The notes under the pieces are model-generated. The model saw nothing but the letters and a program-made list of their open reading frames with translations, was not told where the DNA came from and ran no database searches. From Vicugna vicugna (Eukaryota): a DNA stretch of 64,000 nt. Below are positions 1 through 12,057 of this stretch, in pieces. Both the position numbers and the translations under genes were made by a program. Positions within the stretch are counted from its first letter, which is position 1; each line of letters begins with the position of its first letter. The stretch lies in NCBI GenBank assembly GCA_013265495.1, contig MU058793.1, positions 587,970-651,969 of the forward strand, given 5' to 3'.

Positions 1-186
1 GATCAGACAATACAACTCTACCCAGAGGGTCAGGAAAGGAGTATTCACCTATATACTCTCTACCTGGAGTTTTCTCATCTTGTAGCTTAACGAAGATAAG
101 GTGACCTTTACCTACACCTTGGCCTAGAGCTGGGGACACAGGCTAAGAGCTTGGGGTCCTAAGTTCCATCACTGACTCTGGTTGGC

Positions 187-380
187 ATCCATTCAAAAAA
201 CTATTGAGCAGCTAGCTACACACATGCCAGGCTCTCTGCCCAGTGCTAGGGACATAGCAGAAACAAGTAAGACAGTCTTAGTTTTAGCCTAGTGAGAGAA
301 AAAGACATTCAATAACAATCCCACAAATTAAGGTCTCACTACAAATTAGAGAAATGTGATTAAGGCAAAGCACAAGGCTC
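187..380 (-). mobile_element. L2 LINE 3' end fragment
   Basis: catccattcaaaaaactattgagc...tgccaggc...tgctagggacatagcag resembles the reverse complement of the L2 3' terminus; boundaries approximate. Confidence 0.6.
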
Positions 381-484
381 TGAGGCTATCATCTTTTCAC
401 GCCCATTCTATCCTTCTCACTCATCACTGGAACTATCTATGTCTTAGCAGAGCATAAAGCCTTCCAAAAAAAAAAGGATTAGTT

Positions 485-780
485 TTCCTAAACTCCCTTG
501 CAGCTTGCTGTGGCCATCTGACCAAATCCTGGCCAATGGAAGGTCAGCAAAAGAGGCAAGTTGTTCTACTTTCTGTTCCTTCCTTTGGCTGACTAGAAGT
601 CAAGTGTGATGGCAGGAGCTAGAGCAACATTTTTGGGCTCCAAGACAGAAACCACACACATTAAAGGAGTCTGGTCCTTCATGACAATGGAGCTGCCTAC
701 CAGCCTTTAATATCTACACACACTTCTACATGAGAGAGAAACAAATACAGCTATTTGGGGAGCTTTTTGTGAGAGAGGCA
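485..780 (+). mobile_element. Old ERVL/MaLR solo LTR fragment (MLT1-like)
   Basis: cccttgcagc...ggccatctgaccaaatcctggccaatgga...gtgatggcaggagctagagcaacatttt resembles old MLT1/ERVL LTR consensus. Confidence 0.5.
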
Positions 781-954
781 AGACTTACTTTTTGCTAAGG
801 TCACCTCATCTGAGAGATGAAAAAGAGCCAAGTGCATGAAGAGTGCTGTGAAGTGAACCAGAAAGAAAATAAGGGTGGCTAACAGGCACAGGCAAGAAGA
901 GGAGAGGGCAGAGAAAGCATGAATGGCTTTGCAATGAAACAGATGTTCATCCTT

Positions 955-1305
955 GGGTCTTTTAACCTCCATTCTCAGTTTCCATATCTATTAAGTGGGA
1001 CTAGTGGGCATACTTCTCACAGGATGGCTGTAAAGATCAAATGATGTGTTGGTCTTTACATGGTGCTTTGGTGCCAATCAAGGGCATTCCAACCAAGTCC
1101 ATCCAAGTTCAAATTCTGTCTCTGCCACTGACTGATTGCATGACTGGGGATTTAGTTACTAAACCTCAGTGTGTGCCTCTGTTTCCCCATCTGCAAAATG
1201 GAGGTAGTAATAGCAGGGCGGCTGAGAGAATTCAATGAGTTACTATGTGTCAGGCACTTAGACTAGGGCCTGCTGCATATTGAGCACTATAGACATGTTT
1301 GTTAA
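955..1305 (+). mobile_element. Two adjacent MIR SINE fragments
   Basis: MIR core: gttcaaattctgtctctgccactgac...cctctgtttccccatctgcaaaatgg; second partial core at ~955-1050. Confidence 0.8.
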
Positions 1306-1365
1306 ATAAATAAATGAAAGAACAGTGTTTTATGACATAAAAGAATTATACTAAAAAAAAAAAAG

Positions 1366-1845
1366 CTGCTCAGCCATAAAAAAAGAATAAAATAGTGCCA
1401 TTTGCAGCAAGATGGATGGACCTGGAGATCATCATTCTAAGTGAAATAAGCCAGAAAGAGAAAGACAAATACCATATGATATCACTTACATGTAGAATCT
1501 AAAAAAAGAGACTCAAACGAACTCATCCACAAAACAGAAACGACTCACAGACATAGAAAACAAACTTATGGTTACCAGTGGGGAAAGGAGGTAGGAAGCG
1601 ATAAATTGGGAGTTCAAGATTCGCAGATACTAACTACTATATATAAAATAGATAAACAACAAGTTTCTACTGTATAGCACAGGGAACTCTATTCAGTATC
1701 TTGTAGTAACCTCTAATGAACAAGAATATGAAAACAAACATATGTATGTATATGTATGACTGAAACATGATGCTGATCACCAGAAACTGATGCAACATTG
1801 TAAGCTGACTATACCTCAATAAAAAAAAAATGCAAAAAAAAAAAA
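1366..1845 (+). mobile_element. 5'-truncated L1 (ORF2 C-terminus, 3' UTR, poly-A)
   Basis: ctcagccataaaaaaagaataaaatagtgccatttgcagcaagatggatggacctggag...ctatacctcaataaaaaaaaaa; artiodactyl-type 3' UTR. Confidence 0.93.
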
Positions 1846-2004
1846 GAAATCTCATTATAAGTGACTTTTAAAGAAAGAAATTATGCAGAGTGCTTGGGTA
1901 CAGTGACATCTGTGCACCCCCACTCCATCTCCATCTGCAACACCTAGAATAACATCGTTCCAACTGTGGAAAGTCTATGGTGCAAATGCGACGAGGTAGG
2001 TAAA

Positions 2005-2326
2005 TGGGGGTAGGCAAATCTGTAACGGGCCGGAGAGTCAATATTTTAGGCTTTGCGGAGAATACCATTTCTGTTGCAGCCACTTAATTCAGCCGTTGCA
2101 GTGTCAAAGCAGCCAGAGATAATATGTAAATGAATGGACATGTCTGTGTGCCAATAAAACTTTACTCCTGGCCATTGTAATTTGAGTCTCATGTAATTTA
2201 CATGAATCATGAAATGCTCTTCTTTTGATTTTTTTTTAACCATTTAAAAGGTGTCAAAACCCTTCTGAACTCAGAGGCTGTACAGAAAGAAGCAGTGGGT
2301 TGGACACAGTGGTTTGCTGACTCCTG
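2005..2326 (+). mobile_element. hAT-Charlie MITE, MER58B-like
   Basis: TIR-like ends ggggtaggcaaa ... gtttgctgactcctg; internal aatattttaggctttgc and gtgccaataaaacttta typical of MER58. Confidence 0.85.
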
Positions 2327-3831
2327 TTCATAAATGTTTGGTGCAATGCCGGGCACACAGTGCGTGCTCAGTAGCTGGTGTGAACATGTTAGTTGTTCAT
2401 ATTGGCAAGCGAGCATCAGGCAGTGGCTTCCTAGTCCTGCAACCTACCATTCCACAAACACCTGGAAATCAGCCCCAGTCTGGGACTTGATTTTTTCTTC
2501 TCATCCTTCAAGCAGCTGGACCTGACCAGGGTCAGGACTGGGGATTTGGGGCAGTGGAGGTGGAGGAGGTGGGTTGCATGAAGTCAATGCCTTGGTTTAA
2601 CAGCTTCCTAAACATTTTGACTGCCTGGACCAAAAACTGCCAGCTTGAAAGTGGTCTTAGAAATGAAGAGCCTGTAAAGCAATTCAGAATCTGATTTTGC
2701 TGCAAAAGCAGGATTTTAACAGATCTGTAGCTGTTCCCAACCTTTTAACGCTGTCTTCTGTGAGTCAAGAGATTTTGATCTTGTAACTAAATTGACTCTG
2801 CTGCAGGTTTGCCATTCTCCTGGGTAAATTCTCTGACATGCCCGGCTTCAGACTCAACCCTTTCTTAAAAAAAAAAAAAGAAAAAGAAAAAAAGAAGTGA
2901 AAACACAACTTTCTTTCTGTACCCAATTATCTCCTATATCATTTTCTCCAAGTTGAAATATTTTTTAAATATCATAATGAATGTCAGAATCAACTCTCTT
3001 TGGTCCTAAACCTGGTGTTCTCTTATTTGGGGTAGGAGACATTTCTGTTTAATCCTAATGCTAATATTTAGAAAAGTAGCAGCAGATTTAAAACAGTTAT
3101 TTGCATCATGCCAGAGATCTATTGTGTTCCCGGAGCCAGTTAATCAGTGAGTGGCGATCAGGCCATTTCTTTGTATCTTTTTTTTTTTTTGAGACAGATT
3201 GTTGCAGAATCCAGCAAGAAATGGTTTCAAAATAAAGAGATCAAAGAGTAGCTCAGCCCAGGCCAAAAGCAGCAGCTCTGGAAGTGCGGGCTTTTCTGGA
3301 TGGAGCAACGTTTGTTATCCGTGCTCTACAGCTCAAGGCAAGAGGCTGCTGGGCAGTGGTCCGGTGCCAGCATCCCTCCAGGCATGTGCCTGCCCACAAA
3401 AGCTGTGCTCACGCGCGATGAACACAGTCTTGGGGCTGGCTTTGTGGAGCTGGAAATGTGTCCCATCTTAGCGCTGAGAACAGAACATGATTGGGAATGA
3501 ATAGGCTCCTCCAATAACAGGGTAGGGGGAGAGAGGTAGGAGGAGGAAAAGATGGGAGAGAGGTGTGGGGAGAGAGAGAGAGAAAAAGGAGACGACAGAA
3601 GAGAAGAAACAGTGAGGCAGTGCATGAGGGGCCGGGAGAGAGAACGGGCAGGTGGGTGACAAGGGTGCAGGGATGCTCCAGGTCTTTGGTTCTTGCGCCT
3701 TTGAGGATGTGAACACCCTCAGAGATCAGCCTCCAATGAGATCCTGGAAGAAGAGCCGTCACCAGCAGACTTAGAAAAATAGCTGCATTTTCTTATCAAT
3801 TCAAAAATCCTATAGCTCACAAACAGCAAAG

Positions 3832-3867
3832 TGTGTGTGTGTATCTGTGTGTGTGTGTGTGTGTATC

Positions 3868-3905
<38 letters not shown>

Positions 3906-3919
3906 TGCGCGCGTGAGAG
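3832..3919. repeat. Compound microsatellite (TG)n(AG)n(GC)n
   Basis: Seen directly in sequence. Confidence 0.95.
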
Positions 3920-4458
3920 AATTTTTTTTCTTTTCCTTTGCTTCCCCTCTGCCCCAACCTCTTTTTTCTCTTACAGAATGTGAGGTTATTCCCCCTGGAG
4001 TTCTGGTTGAGAAGCTCAGAGTTCTAGAACTTTACAGAAAGCACCTCTATTGTTTCGAGATGAACACTTTTCTTGGGTGAACTGCACTGGCTGAGACTGG
4101 GCTGGCAAGCAGGGGCAAGGAAGAGAGCCCTGGAAGGGCATTTTGTCCCCACGGTCTCGTGGCTGTTGAAGAGAATCCCTAGGTGCCAAATCAAAGCTCT
4201 GCCTGCATTTCCAATTCTTCCCCATCTAGGAAAAGGGAAATCGAATCAAAGCTGAAAAGCATGCAGGAGGCGAAACTGAGTTTATTAACTGGAACCTACC
4301 TTCCAGTAACCAGCATTCTAGCCCACCTCATGGACAATGGTTTATCATTGTTCTTAGGAAAGATCCCCAAGGCACACAAGACTTTTTGTGTTGCTGTTGA
4401 AATAGAGTCCCTTCTGAGTCATCAAACAAGAGAGAAATTCTGTTTGGAAGATTTTTGT

Positions 4459-4703
4459 ATAATAATATCTAACATTTGTTGAAGTCATACTATGCTGCAC
4501 ATACTATCTCATTAAATCACCACCCCTTACATTACAGGTAAGTCTTAAGATTATTCCCATTTTATAGGTATGCAAGCAGACTTAAAGGGTAAGATACCTT
4601 GCTCAGGGTTACAGCTAAGGGTTGGGAAAGCTATGATTTGAACTCAGGTGGGTCCATCAGACCATCTGTCCAGAGTTCTTATACTTAATCTCCAAGCTAC
4701 ACT
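4459..4703 (-). mobile_element. MIR SINE
   Basis: attattcccattttataggt...ccttgctcagggttacagcta...gatttgaactcagg = reverse MIR core. Confidence 0.8.
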
Positions 4704-5683
4704 ACTTTTTTGTCCAAAGATGTGTTTCTAGGAGAATAAATATAAAGATAAATAAAACGCAGCTATGGTAAGGAAGCTTGGAGTCACATCTAGTATCTGT
4801 GAATAACTCATGAAGGAAGAAAAAGGGAAGGGTTAGAGGTGATGCTATGCACAGAGGTGCCCAGCCTCAGAGTGCCCTTTTATATTGAGTTAGGCCAGTT
4901 TGTCATCCCATTCAGTGGTGTGTGTGTGTGTGTATGTGTGTGTAAGTCTCAAGGAGATCTTCCTGGAAGGGGATATATGTGAGCCACGTTTTAACAGGTG
5001 GTTAGGAGTTCGTGATATTGACAGGTGATGAGGAGGAGGTTCCAGAAAGAGGGAGCAGGTTGTCCAGAGGCATGGAGTTACAAACGCTATGCATTGTTTC
5101 AGGAATCACATGCAGTTCTAAATGTCTGCAATCGTGTTATGATTGCAAGATCAGGCGTGGTCATAGTTGAGACTGGAGAAGCAGCAAGAGTCAGAGTCCA
5201 AAGGGCCTTGTGTTTGATACCAGAGAGTTTGGACTTCCTAGGGCCTTCCTGAACCTGCTTTGTCTAGAAGCATCATATACCCATCTGTCAGGCAGAATGA
5301 TGCACGTGGTAGAAAATGAAGCTGTTGAGACCAAGCCAAATAGACTTGTGTGCACTGTAGGAACGTCCGGAGGCACAACCTTGCTATGGTCAAAGCTCGA
5401 GTTCGTGAAGATCAGGTTCACCTCAGTGTTTTTCTAAAAGATGGCATCTACAACTAGTAATGCTCTTTTTTCTTATTTTTCCCTAAACATGAGCTTCCCT
5501 GAACTGGCACTTGGAAAGGGATGGATAGAATGGTCTTTTTAGAGGTGAAGTGGGAGGGAGTGATCGGCTTAGTCTCCAAGCAATTCTTCTCCATTTTTTT
5601 TTTAAAGAACCTTCTTTCTGCCACAGGCATGGGGCATTGACAGCTGCATTTATGCTCTTCTACTCATAGACAAAGTTGATCAG

Positions 5684-6790
5684 TGGGATACTGTGATTTG
5701 TAAGGAGAAATACACAGTTGACCCTTGAACAACATTGGTTTGAATGGCATGGGTCCAGTTATACATGGATTTTTTTCAGTGAATATAACACCTGTATTTT
5801 CATTTTACAGAACTTTAACTAAGTAAGGGGAACAGTTTGTGTTCGATTAGCGATCACAATACATGGAATCAAAAGAACTAGGGTTTGAGTCCCGATTCTA
5901 CCCAGACTGGTTTGGCTTCCTGCCGTTGGACAAGTCACTTCTCATTTCTTTTGCTTTTGAGGCAGAGATAGCCGTCCTTTGACTCCACGGGGATTGGCAC
6001 CCAGAACCCCAAATTGTTCAAGATTCGACTGTGTATGTGGTTTTTGTCTCCATTACTGCCACGGAGCTCCCTTGGAATATCTGATGATGAAAGCAGTAGA
6101 AGTGTTTCTTGCTGTTAATGCAGTGACTGCTGGACCACACCTAAGGAGGGGGCTGGTGGCTGGGAGAACCCACCATATGATTAGAGGGTTGGAAATTTCA
6201 GTCCCACCTCTGACCTGTGGGGCAAGGAGAGGGGCTGGAGTTTGAGTTCAAACCCTGATGGTCAATGATTTGATCAATCATGCCTGTGTAATGGAACCTC
6301 CATAAAAACCCCAAAGGACAAAATTTAGAGAGCTTCCAAGTTAATGAACAGTGGAGATTCAGGGGGAATGGTGCACCTGGAGAGGGCATGGAAGCTCTGC
6401 ACCCTTTCCCCACACCTTACCCTAATGCATCTCTTCCATCTGGCTGTTCTGAGTTAGAACCTCTTATAATAAACTGGTAATCTAGTAAGTAACATGTTTC
6501 TCTGAGTTCTGTGAGCTGCTCTAGCAAATTAGTCAAACCCAAAAAGGAAGTCATGGGAACCTTTCATTTATAGCCATTTGGTCAGAAGCACAGGTGACAA
6601 ACTGAGCTTATGATTGACATCTGAAGTGCAGGTCAGTCTTTTGGGACTGAGCCCTTAGCCTGTGGAATCAGATGCTGCCTCCAGGTAAGTAGTGTCAGAA
6701 ATGAGTTGACTTGTAGGATACCCAGCTGGTATCTTAGAATTCCTTGAATGTGTTGGGAACCGCCTACCCACTACAATTGGCACTGGGTGT
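5684..6790 (+). mobile_element. ERVL solo LTR, MER21-like, interrupted by a Tigger MITE
   Basis: Starts tgggatactgtgatttgtaaggagaaata, resumes after the MITE with tgtggtttttgtctcc...; diagnostic gattagagggttggaaatttcagtcccacc and caatgatttgatcaatcatgcc; aataaactggtaa. Confidence 0.85.
5715..6031 (+). mobile_element. TcMar-Tigger2-type non-autonomous MITE (copy 1)
   Basis: TIRs cagttgacccttgaacaa ... ttgttcaagattcgactg; collinear with copy at 52352-52685. Confidence 0.88.
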
Positions 6791-6806
6791 TAAGAGGTTT
6801 AACTGG

Positions 6807-6927
6807 TGTACAGCACAATGTCCCAGTCTTGCATATTGTGCTGTATACCAGAAACTGATACAATGTAATTGACTGTACTTCAATAAAAATAAATAAATAA
6901 AATAAAATTAATGGGAAAAAAAAGAAA
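6807..6927 (+). mobile_element. Very short L1 3' end with 5' inversion
   Basis: TSD aagaggtttaactgg (6792-6806) / aagaagcttaactgg (6928-6942); inverted 6807-6835, forward L1 tail from 6836, A-rich tail. Confidence 0.88.
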
Positions 6928-6942
6928 AAGAAGCTTAACTGG

Positions 6943-7360
6943 ACCAAAGGGAGACACGTGACTCAAGTTAGTTTAAACAGATTCTCTTTACTGGGAATGT
7001 GAAATAGGAATTCAGAGATAACCAGTTAGTTTGTGTGAATGTGAGGACAACATTAAAAACTTGAACATCTGGGGCAGCCATCTCTTTTTTATAGGGACTG
7101 AGAAGCAATAAAAACAGATATATAAAGAGAAGAATGAAAAAGATGCTCAGCGAGAAGCAGAAATGAGAAAGAGGGAGTAAGGCCTGGATTCCCAGTAGCT
7201 TTTCCGGTTTCTGGTAGCAAGTCTGTTCTGAGGCTCGACTATATTCCACCCCTTGGGTTTCACAAGACATTCATATTTTTTAGCAAACTGATTTTTTTTT
7301 TTTTGCTGGAGCTCTCTTGTGTTGGCTTATGTTACTTGAAGCTCAAATAGTTTTGACAGT
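6943..7360 (+). mobile_element. Old MaLR LTR (MLT1-like) fragment
   Basis: cacgtgactcaag...ggggcagccatct...gttggcttatgttacttgaagctcaaatagttttgac resembles MLT1 3' end. Confidence 0.55.
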
Positions 7361-7619
7361 ACCTAGATCAGAGCCTCCACCTGCTAGTAGCCAATGTGAA
7401 TCATAAAGACAAAGAAGATATACAGGAGATGAGAAAAATCTCAAGGGCTAATATTGCTGAACTAAGTCTTCACATCTAAAGAGCCTGAACACGATTCCTA
7501 GGACCTTTTCTCCAACAAGACATGTCAAATACTCCTCAAATGCCTCTTTGATCAATCTGGTGCTGAAGCCTTGTGAAGCTAAAGGGTAGTGGCTGAAGAT
7601 ACTGGTTTGATTACCATGG

Positions 7620-7842
7620 ATAGCTCTTGTTAGACTGTCTTCCTCCTCCAAGGAGCTTCCTTTTCTCCCTCGGCCCACATTGACATCTTCCTCCCCACTC
7701 TTTTGATGAATACTTGCACATGTATTACAGCACTCACAACAGTCTAGTACCATCTTTACATCTGTATGGCTGTCTGCCCTAGCAGAGAATGAGTTATTGA
7801 GAAGAGGACCATATTTTACTTACCTCTATTTATTCCAGGTCT
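7620..7842 (+). mobile_element. L2 fragment
   Basis: cttcctcctccaaggagcttcc...acagcactcacaac...tgtctgccctag...gaggaccatatttt resembles L2 3' region. Confidence 0.55.
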
Positions 7843-9039
7843 TCCTACAAAACCTTTAACCTACAAACCTTTCTAAATGAATACTTTTAAAATAGCTTTA
7901 AGGGGAAATTTGCAGCAGTGAATGAGGTCCATGTTGAGATATGATTTCCTTAATCCCCTATAGACATCCTCTGAAGGAGAGTAGAGTGATTTTGATGGAT
8001 GGAGCCTCAGCTTGGAGCCCGCAGCTTCTCCCATATCAGTTTGATGTTTAGATATGTGTCCACTCACTGGAACAAGGAAAGAGAGACTGGGTTGTTTCAA
8101 TCAGGGTGCAGAGCCCAGGATCTCTGTTGGGGGCTATAAATCCTGGTGCTATCTCTCCTATTTAGAGCAATGCATACTTAGGTTTTAATTCTATCACAGT
8201 GAGATAGAGGTTGTAGAACTCCTAGAGGGAGAGGCTGACTGAAGGATTCACCTGCTCTTTACTCAGCAACCAAATCATATCTATAAATAACACACATTCC
8301 TTTTGGACCTCAGCCTGAAGGTGAAATCTTCAAGTACCTAAGTGGCTCTGAGCCTCAGGGCTAGAACCAAATCCCTCTCCCCACCCCCAGACCTCTAGTG
8401 CAACATAGGAAGAGACTTTAGTCAAACTGTCCTCAGTCATACCCATTGCCAACTTCAGAATTCAAGGGGAAGGGTGTTTGTGGAGAAATACCAGGTAGCA
8501 AGCCAACCAAATTCTTAATCAAATGGGCTCTCACCAAGACTGCAGGCATTTCCCAATTTCCCTTCGTACAAGCATGAATCTGTTTCACAGGAAATAATCT
8601 AATGACCTCTGACCTATCAGATAATGATCCTAATTTATTAGTATTCTGTTTCTGAAAGAAGGAAAAAATATCATCTCATGGTTTGTGCAAATCTTTCAAG
8701 CTCCCAACAGCATCTTTCCAGAGAACCCTCCACAACAAAACACTCCACCCAGCTTCCTAGAAAATTATAGAGGAAAATCTAAACTCAGTTTTCTGAATCC
8801 TTATCAAAAAAACAGATAGGGCTGTAAATCTTTTTCATCCTGATTAAGACTTGCTTTGTGCTTTCTAGTAGACCTGCCAGAAGTTAGAACCTGGAAGGGA
8901 TACCCTGGGTCAAGAAGAACAGAAAAACATTATATTTAACAAGTGTTTGTTGGTTTCCTACTGTGTGTTCAACGTTCTTCTAGCCATTGTGGGGAAATGG
9001 GAGCAAATATAAGACAAGAAGTTCAGTATTATTGATACT

Positions 9040-9260
9040 TTATGTTCCAGGGTTTTCAGTTCATGAAGTGTTTTTTTAGTTCATTTCATATTATAATTTT
9101 TTAATGAGACAAGCAATGTAGGTGACATCTCTGTTTCATATATTAGGAAACAGATGCTCAAAATGGTTAAGGTATTTGCCCAACGTTCACATGATGAATA
9201 TATGGTGGTGCGGAGACTAGAACTCCTTGTCTATTTCCCTCAGTGCCCTAGTCTGTCCAC
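9040..9260 (-). mobile_element. MIR SINE (diverged)
   Basis: gtttcatatattaggaaacagatgctcaaaatggttaaggtatttgcccaacgttcaca = reverse MIR core. Confidence 0.7.
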
Positions 9261-11569
9261 GCCCCCAGGCCTCTGCTTGACACACAAGGGAAAGCAAGAT
9301 GGATGAAGCAAGCCAAGGCCGTGTGTGACTGAGTGTTAAACTACATGGTTCAATAAATTGCCCCAGAGGATAAAGAGGGAAAGATGTGTGTGAGCCAGAG
9401 TATCACGGAAGGCTTCATGGCGGACACGTGTCTTGGGTTGGTCCATGAAGAAAGACAATGTTCGCATGAAAGGAATGGAAAATGTGAGTAGAAGAGTTTC
9501 TCAAGGAGACTGGTGGTTCCCCAGAGGGTGTGACTTAGAGGAAAATCAAAATGAAAAATGCTAAAGTCCGTTCTAAGAAAAAGTCCAGGAAAGCTGAGCA
9601 GAGACAGTTAAAAATGTCATTCTTCAGTCTCCACCAGACCAGGAGGACAGATGAGCGCCAGGAGAGAGGCCTGAAATTCAGCAAATCAAATGAGAGGCAA
9701 TGGAAGGAAGGGGCTGGCTCCACACTGAGAGTAGCCAGGCCCTCTTGTGAGCTTCCTCCAGGTCTTCAGAGGGCTGAAAGGACAGCCCCACGGGATGCAG
9801 GGCTCCACCCTCCAAGACTCAGATGATGCAGCCCTGTCACCAGCTCTACCCTGAGTTTCTTGCAAACTCCCCGAGAGGATGGGAAGCGATGGCTGAGAAG
9901 TGAGTTGATCTTTGATCCTGGAGAGAGAGTCCTGGCATGACTCTTATTCTCCTCTGCTGAATTTCCATATTGGCCAGGTTAGCTCCCCCAGCAGCACCAC
10001 TAAGTTTTCCAGGCCTAGGTGAACTTTGAAAGCCTAGGCCTTTCCTTGGGTTGGTGGAGGAATCATTCTGTGGGTCTCTGCTCTGCTCTGTATGTTCTAG
10101 AACTGATTTCCATTGGACCAAGGGAGCGGCTAAGTTGATCTTAAGGCGAAAGGGTTTAGACCACCTCGTGGGGAGCCGCCTAACTGGAAGAACCTATTTC
10201 TATAGTCACAGTGGCCAAGAAAAGTCAAAGTCAGCAAAGGAGGCCATTGGAGGGCGTGCCTTCCCTTCCTCCCCTACCTGACCCACTTCTCCGCAATCCA
10301 CCTGCCTCAGCCACCCCAGGCCCAGTCCCAGCTGCCACATGCTAACTGAGGCAGTTCCTCAAATTGCCAGGAGACTGCTATGCAAACTGTCACCCCCTGA
10401 TCAGAAATGAAGGAGTTACGGGAAGTAACTGACAGCACCTGAGCGATCTCTCATTTGAATTAAGTCAAGATCTTTAAATATTTATAAAGTTCTGGTTTCT
10501 AAAATAGCCAGCCCCTGCCTTGCACACAGGCTGTTGAAATATGGGCCTACTGCATTCTAAACTGAATACTTGTCTGAACAGTCATATATTTCGTCTGTGT
10601 GAGAGAGTGCGTGTAACAGTGTGCATGATTGTGTGTGAGCGTGTGTGTGTATGTGTGTTGAAAAACCTATTGCATGATGTTAAATATCCCAAGGGCTCCG
10701 TATAGAACATGACTGGAATGAATATAGGACAAGAATAACTTTTTTTCTATCTCATTAGATGGTCTGAGTTTTGAAATCTGCTCTGAAAGTGTGGTAAAGT
10801 GTGCAGTGTTGTAGATTAATGCACTGAATACATTTCTTCAGTTCTTGATGTGTTTCATAAAAGGTCCATTTCAAAAGTGTGCTGTATTATAGGTGAACAC
10901 TCGCAGTAAATAATCTTGTTACAGAAACCTAAGCAATTTTTACAAGGCGTATTTCTGGCTGACTGAACAATTTATTCTCCAGATGTCACATTGTATTTTT
11001 CCAATATAAAATGAAACAGCTTTTTTTTTTCTTTTAAGGCCGACTGTGCTGCTTTGTCTGAGTCTAGAACAAAGGATCTCTCCTTAAGGAGGCTGATGCG
11101 GGGTTAAAGCCCATCACTTTAAAATTAACACCACACCTGGGAAGAGCAGGCAACGCCATCGCTGGCTTTCCTTTTCAGGAATGATAACTTGACAATCAGG
11201 GGGACATTCCCCTGGGTCGTCCAGTCGGAGAAAACTCTCTGGCTTGTAGAAAAGCCAGAAAGTGAGAGAGAGAGGGAGAGGAGAGTGAGCAGGAGCTGGG
11301 AGGAGAAGAGGGGTCAATGGGGTTTGGAAGGGGATGTGAAAGGAAAGAAGAAAGAAAAGGAGGAGGAAAGGAGGGAAAAGAAATAAGAAGCAAAGGGAGA
11401 ATGATGAAAAGAGATGGAGGAGCAGGTGGCCAAAGAAGATGGAAGACACAAAAAAGCGAGAGAAAAGACAGTGAAAACGATAGATGGCTGGAAGAGATGG
11501 GAAACAGAGGAGAAATATGCAAATTCTGCTGCCACCAGAGGCAGCATCTGCTGAGTTTTTCTGCACAGG

Positions 11570-11830
11570 ATTAAGCCCATGAAATACTCTTATGAAAAAA
11601 AGAAAAAGACTTCCATGATCAAACAGTTTTGGAAAGCGGTGAATTCTGTATCACCCTCTGCCCTAGGAGACTCACGATGCACCACAACAGATTTAAAGCT
11701 CTGAGAAATCTTACTGGAAAGAAACCTGTTTAACTTCTTTTAATCCAGTGTTTCCAAATTTATTTGAAGTCCAAATCTCTTTTTATTTTTCCCACAAACC
11801 GTCTGTGATCATGTGGTTTGGACACATTCT
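11570..11830 (-). mobile_element. hAT-Charlie-type MITE (family uncertain)
   Basis: aaagctctgagaaatcttactggaaagaaacctgtttaac...cagtgtttccaaatttatttga; related copy in opposite orientation at ~51883-52110. Confidence 0.6.
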
Positions 11831-11923
11831 CCTAAAAGTTTGTAGCACATCTATCATATGTTGTGTCTAGAAAGGCCGGATGGTTTTACACCCTCCACAC
11901 CCTTGATATCAACAGCGTATGTA

Positions 11924-12057
11924 GCAGGGAGGATACAGCTCAAGTGGTAGAATGCATGCTTAACTTGCACAAAGCCCTGGGTTCAATCCCCAGTACCTCC
12001 TCTAAAAATAACTAAAATAAACCTAAATACGTCCCCCTGCCAAAAAGAAAAAGAAAA
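11924..12057 (+). mobile_element. tRNA-derived camelid SINE (Vic-1-like)
   Basis: A box (cagctcaagtggta), B box (ggttcaatcc), A-rich tail; TSD aacagcgtatgta (11911-11923) / aaaagcttatgta (12058-12070). Confidence 0.92.

Noticed and set aside
7843..7872. Tandem cctacaaaaccttt / cctacaaaccttt
   Set aside because: Trivial slippage duplication
11250..11520. Purine-rich tract giving overlapping ORFs on both strands
   Set aside because: Low-complexity GA-rich DNA lacking stop codons by composition
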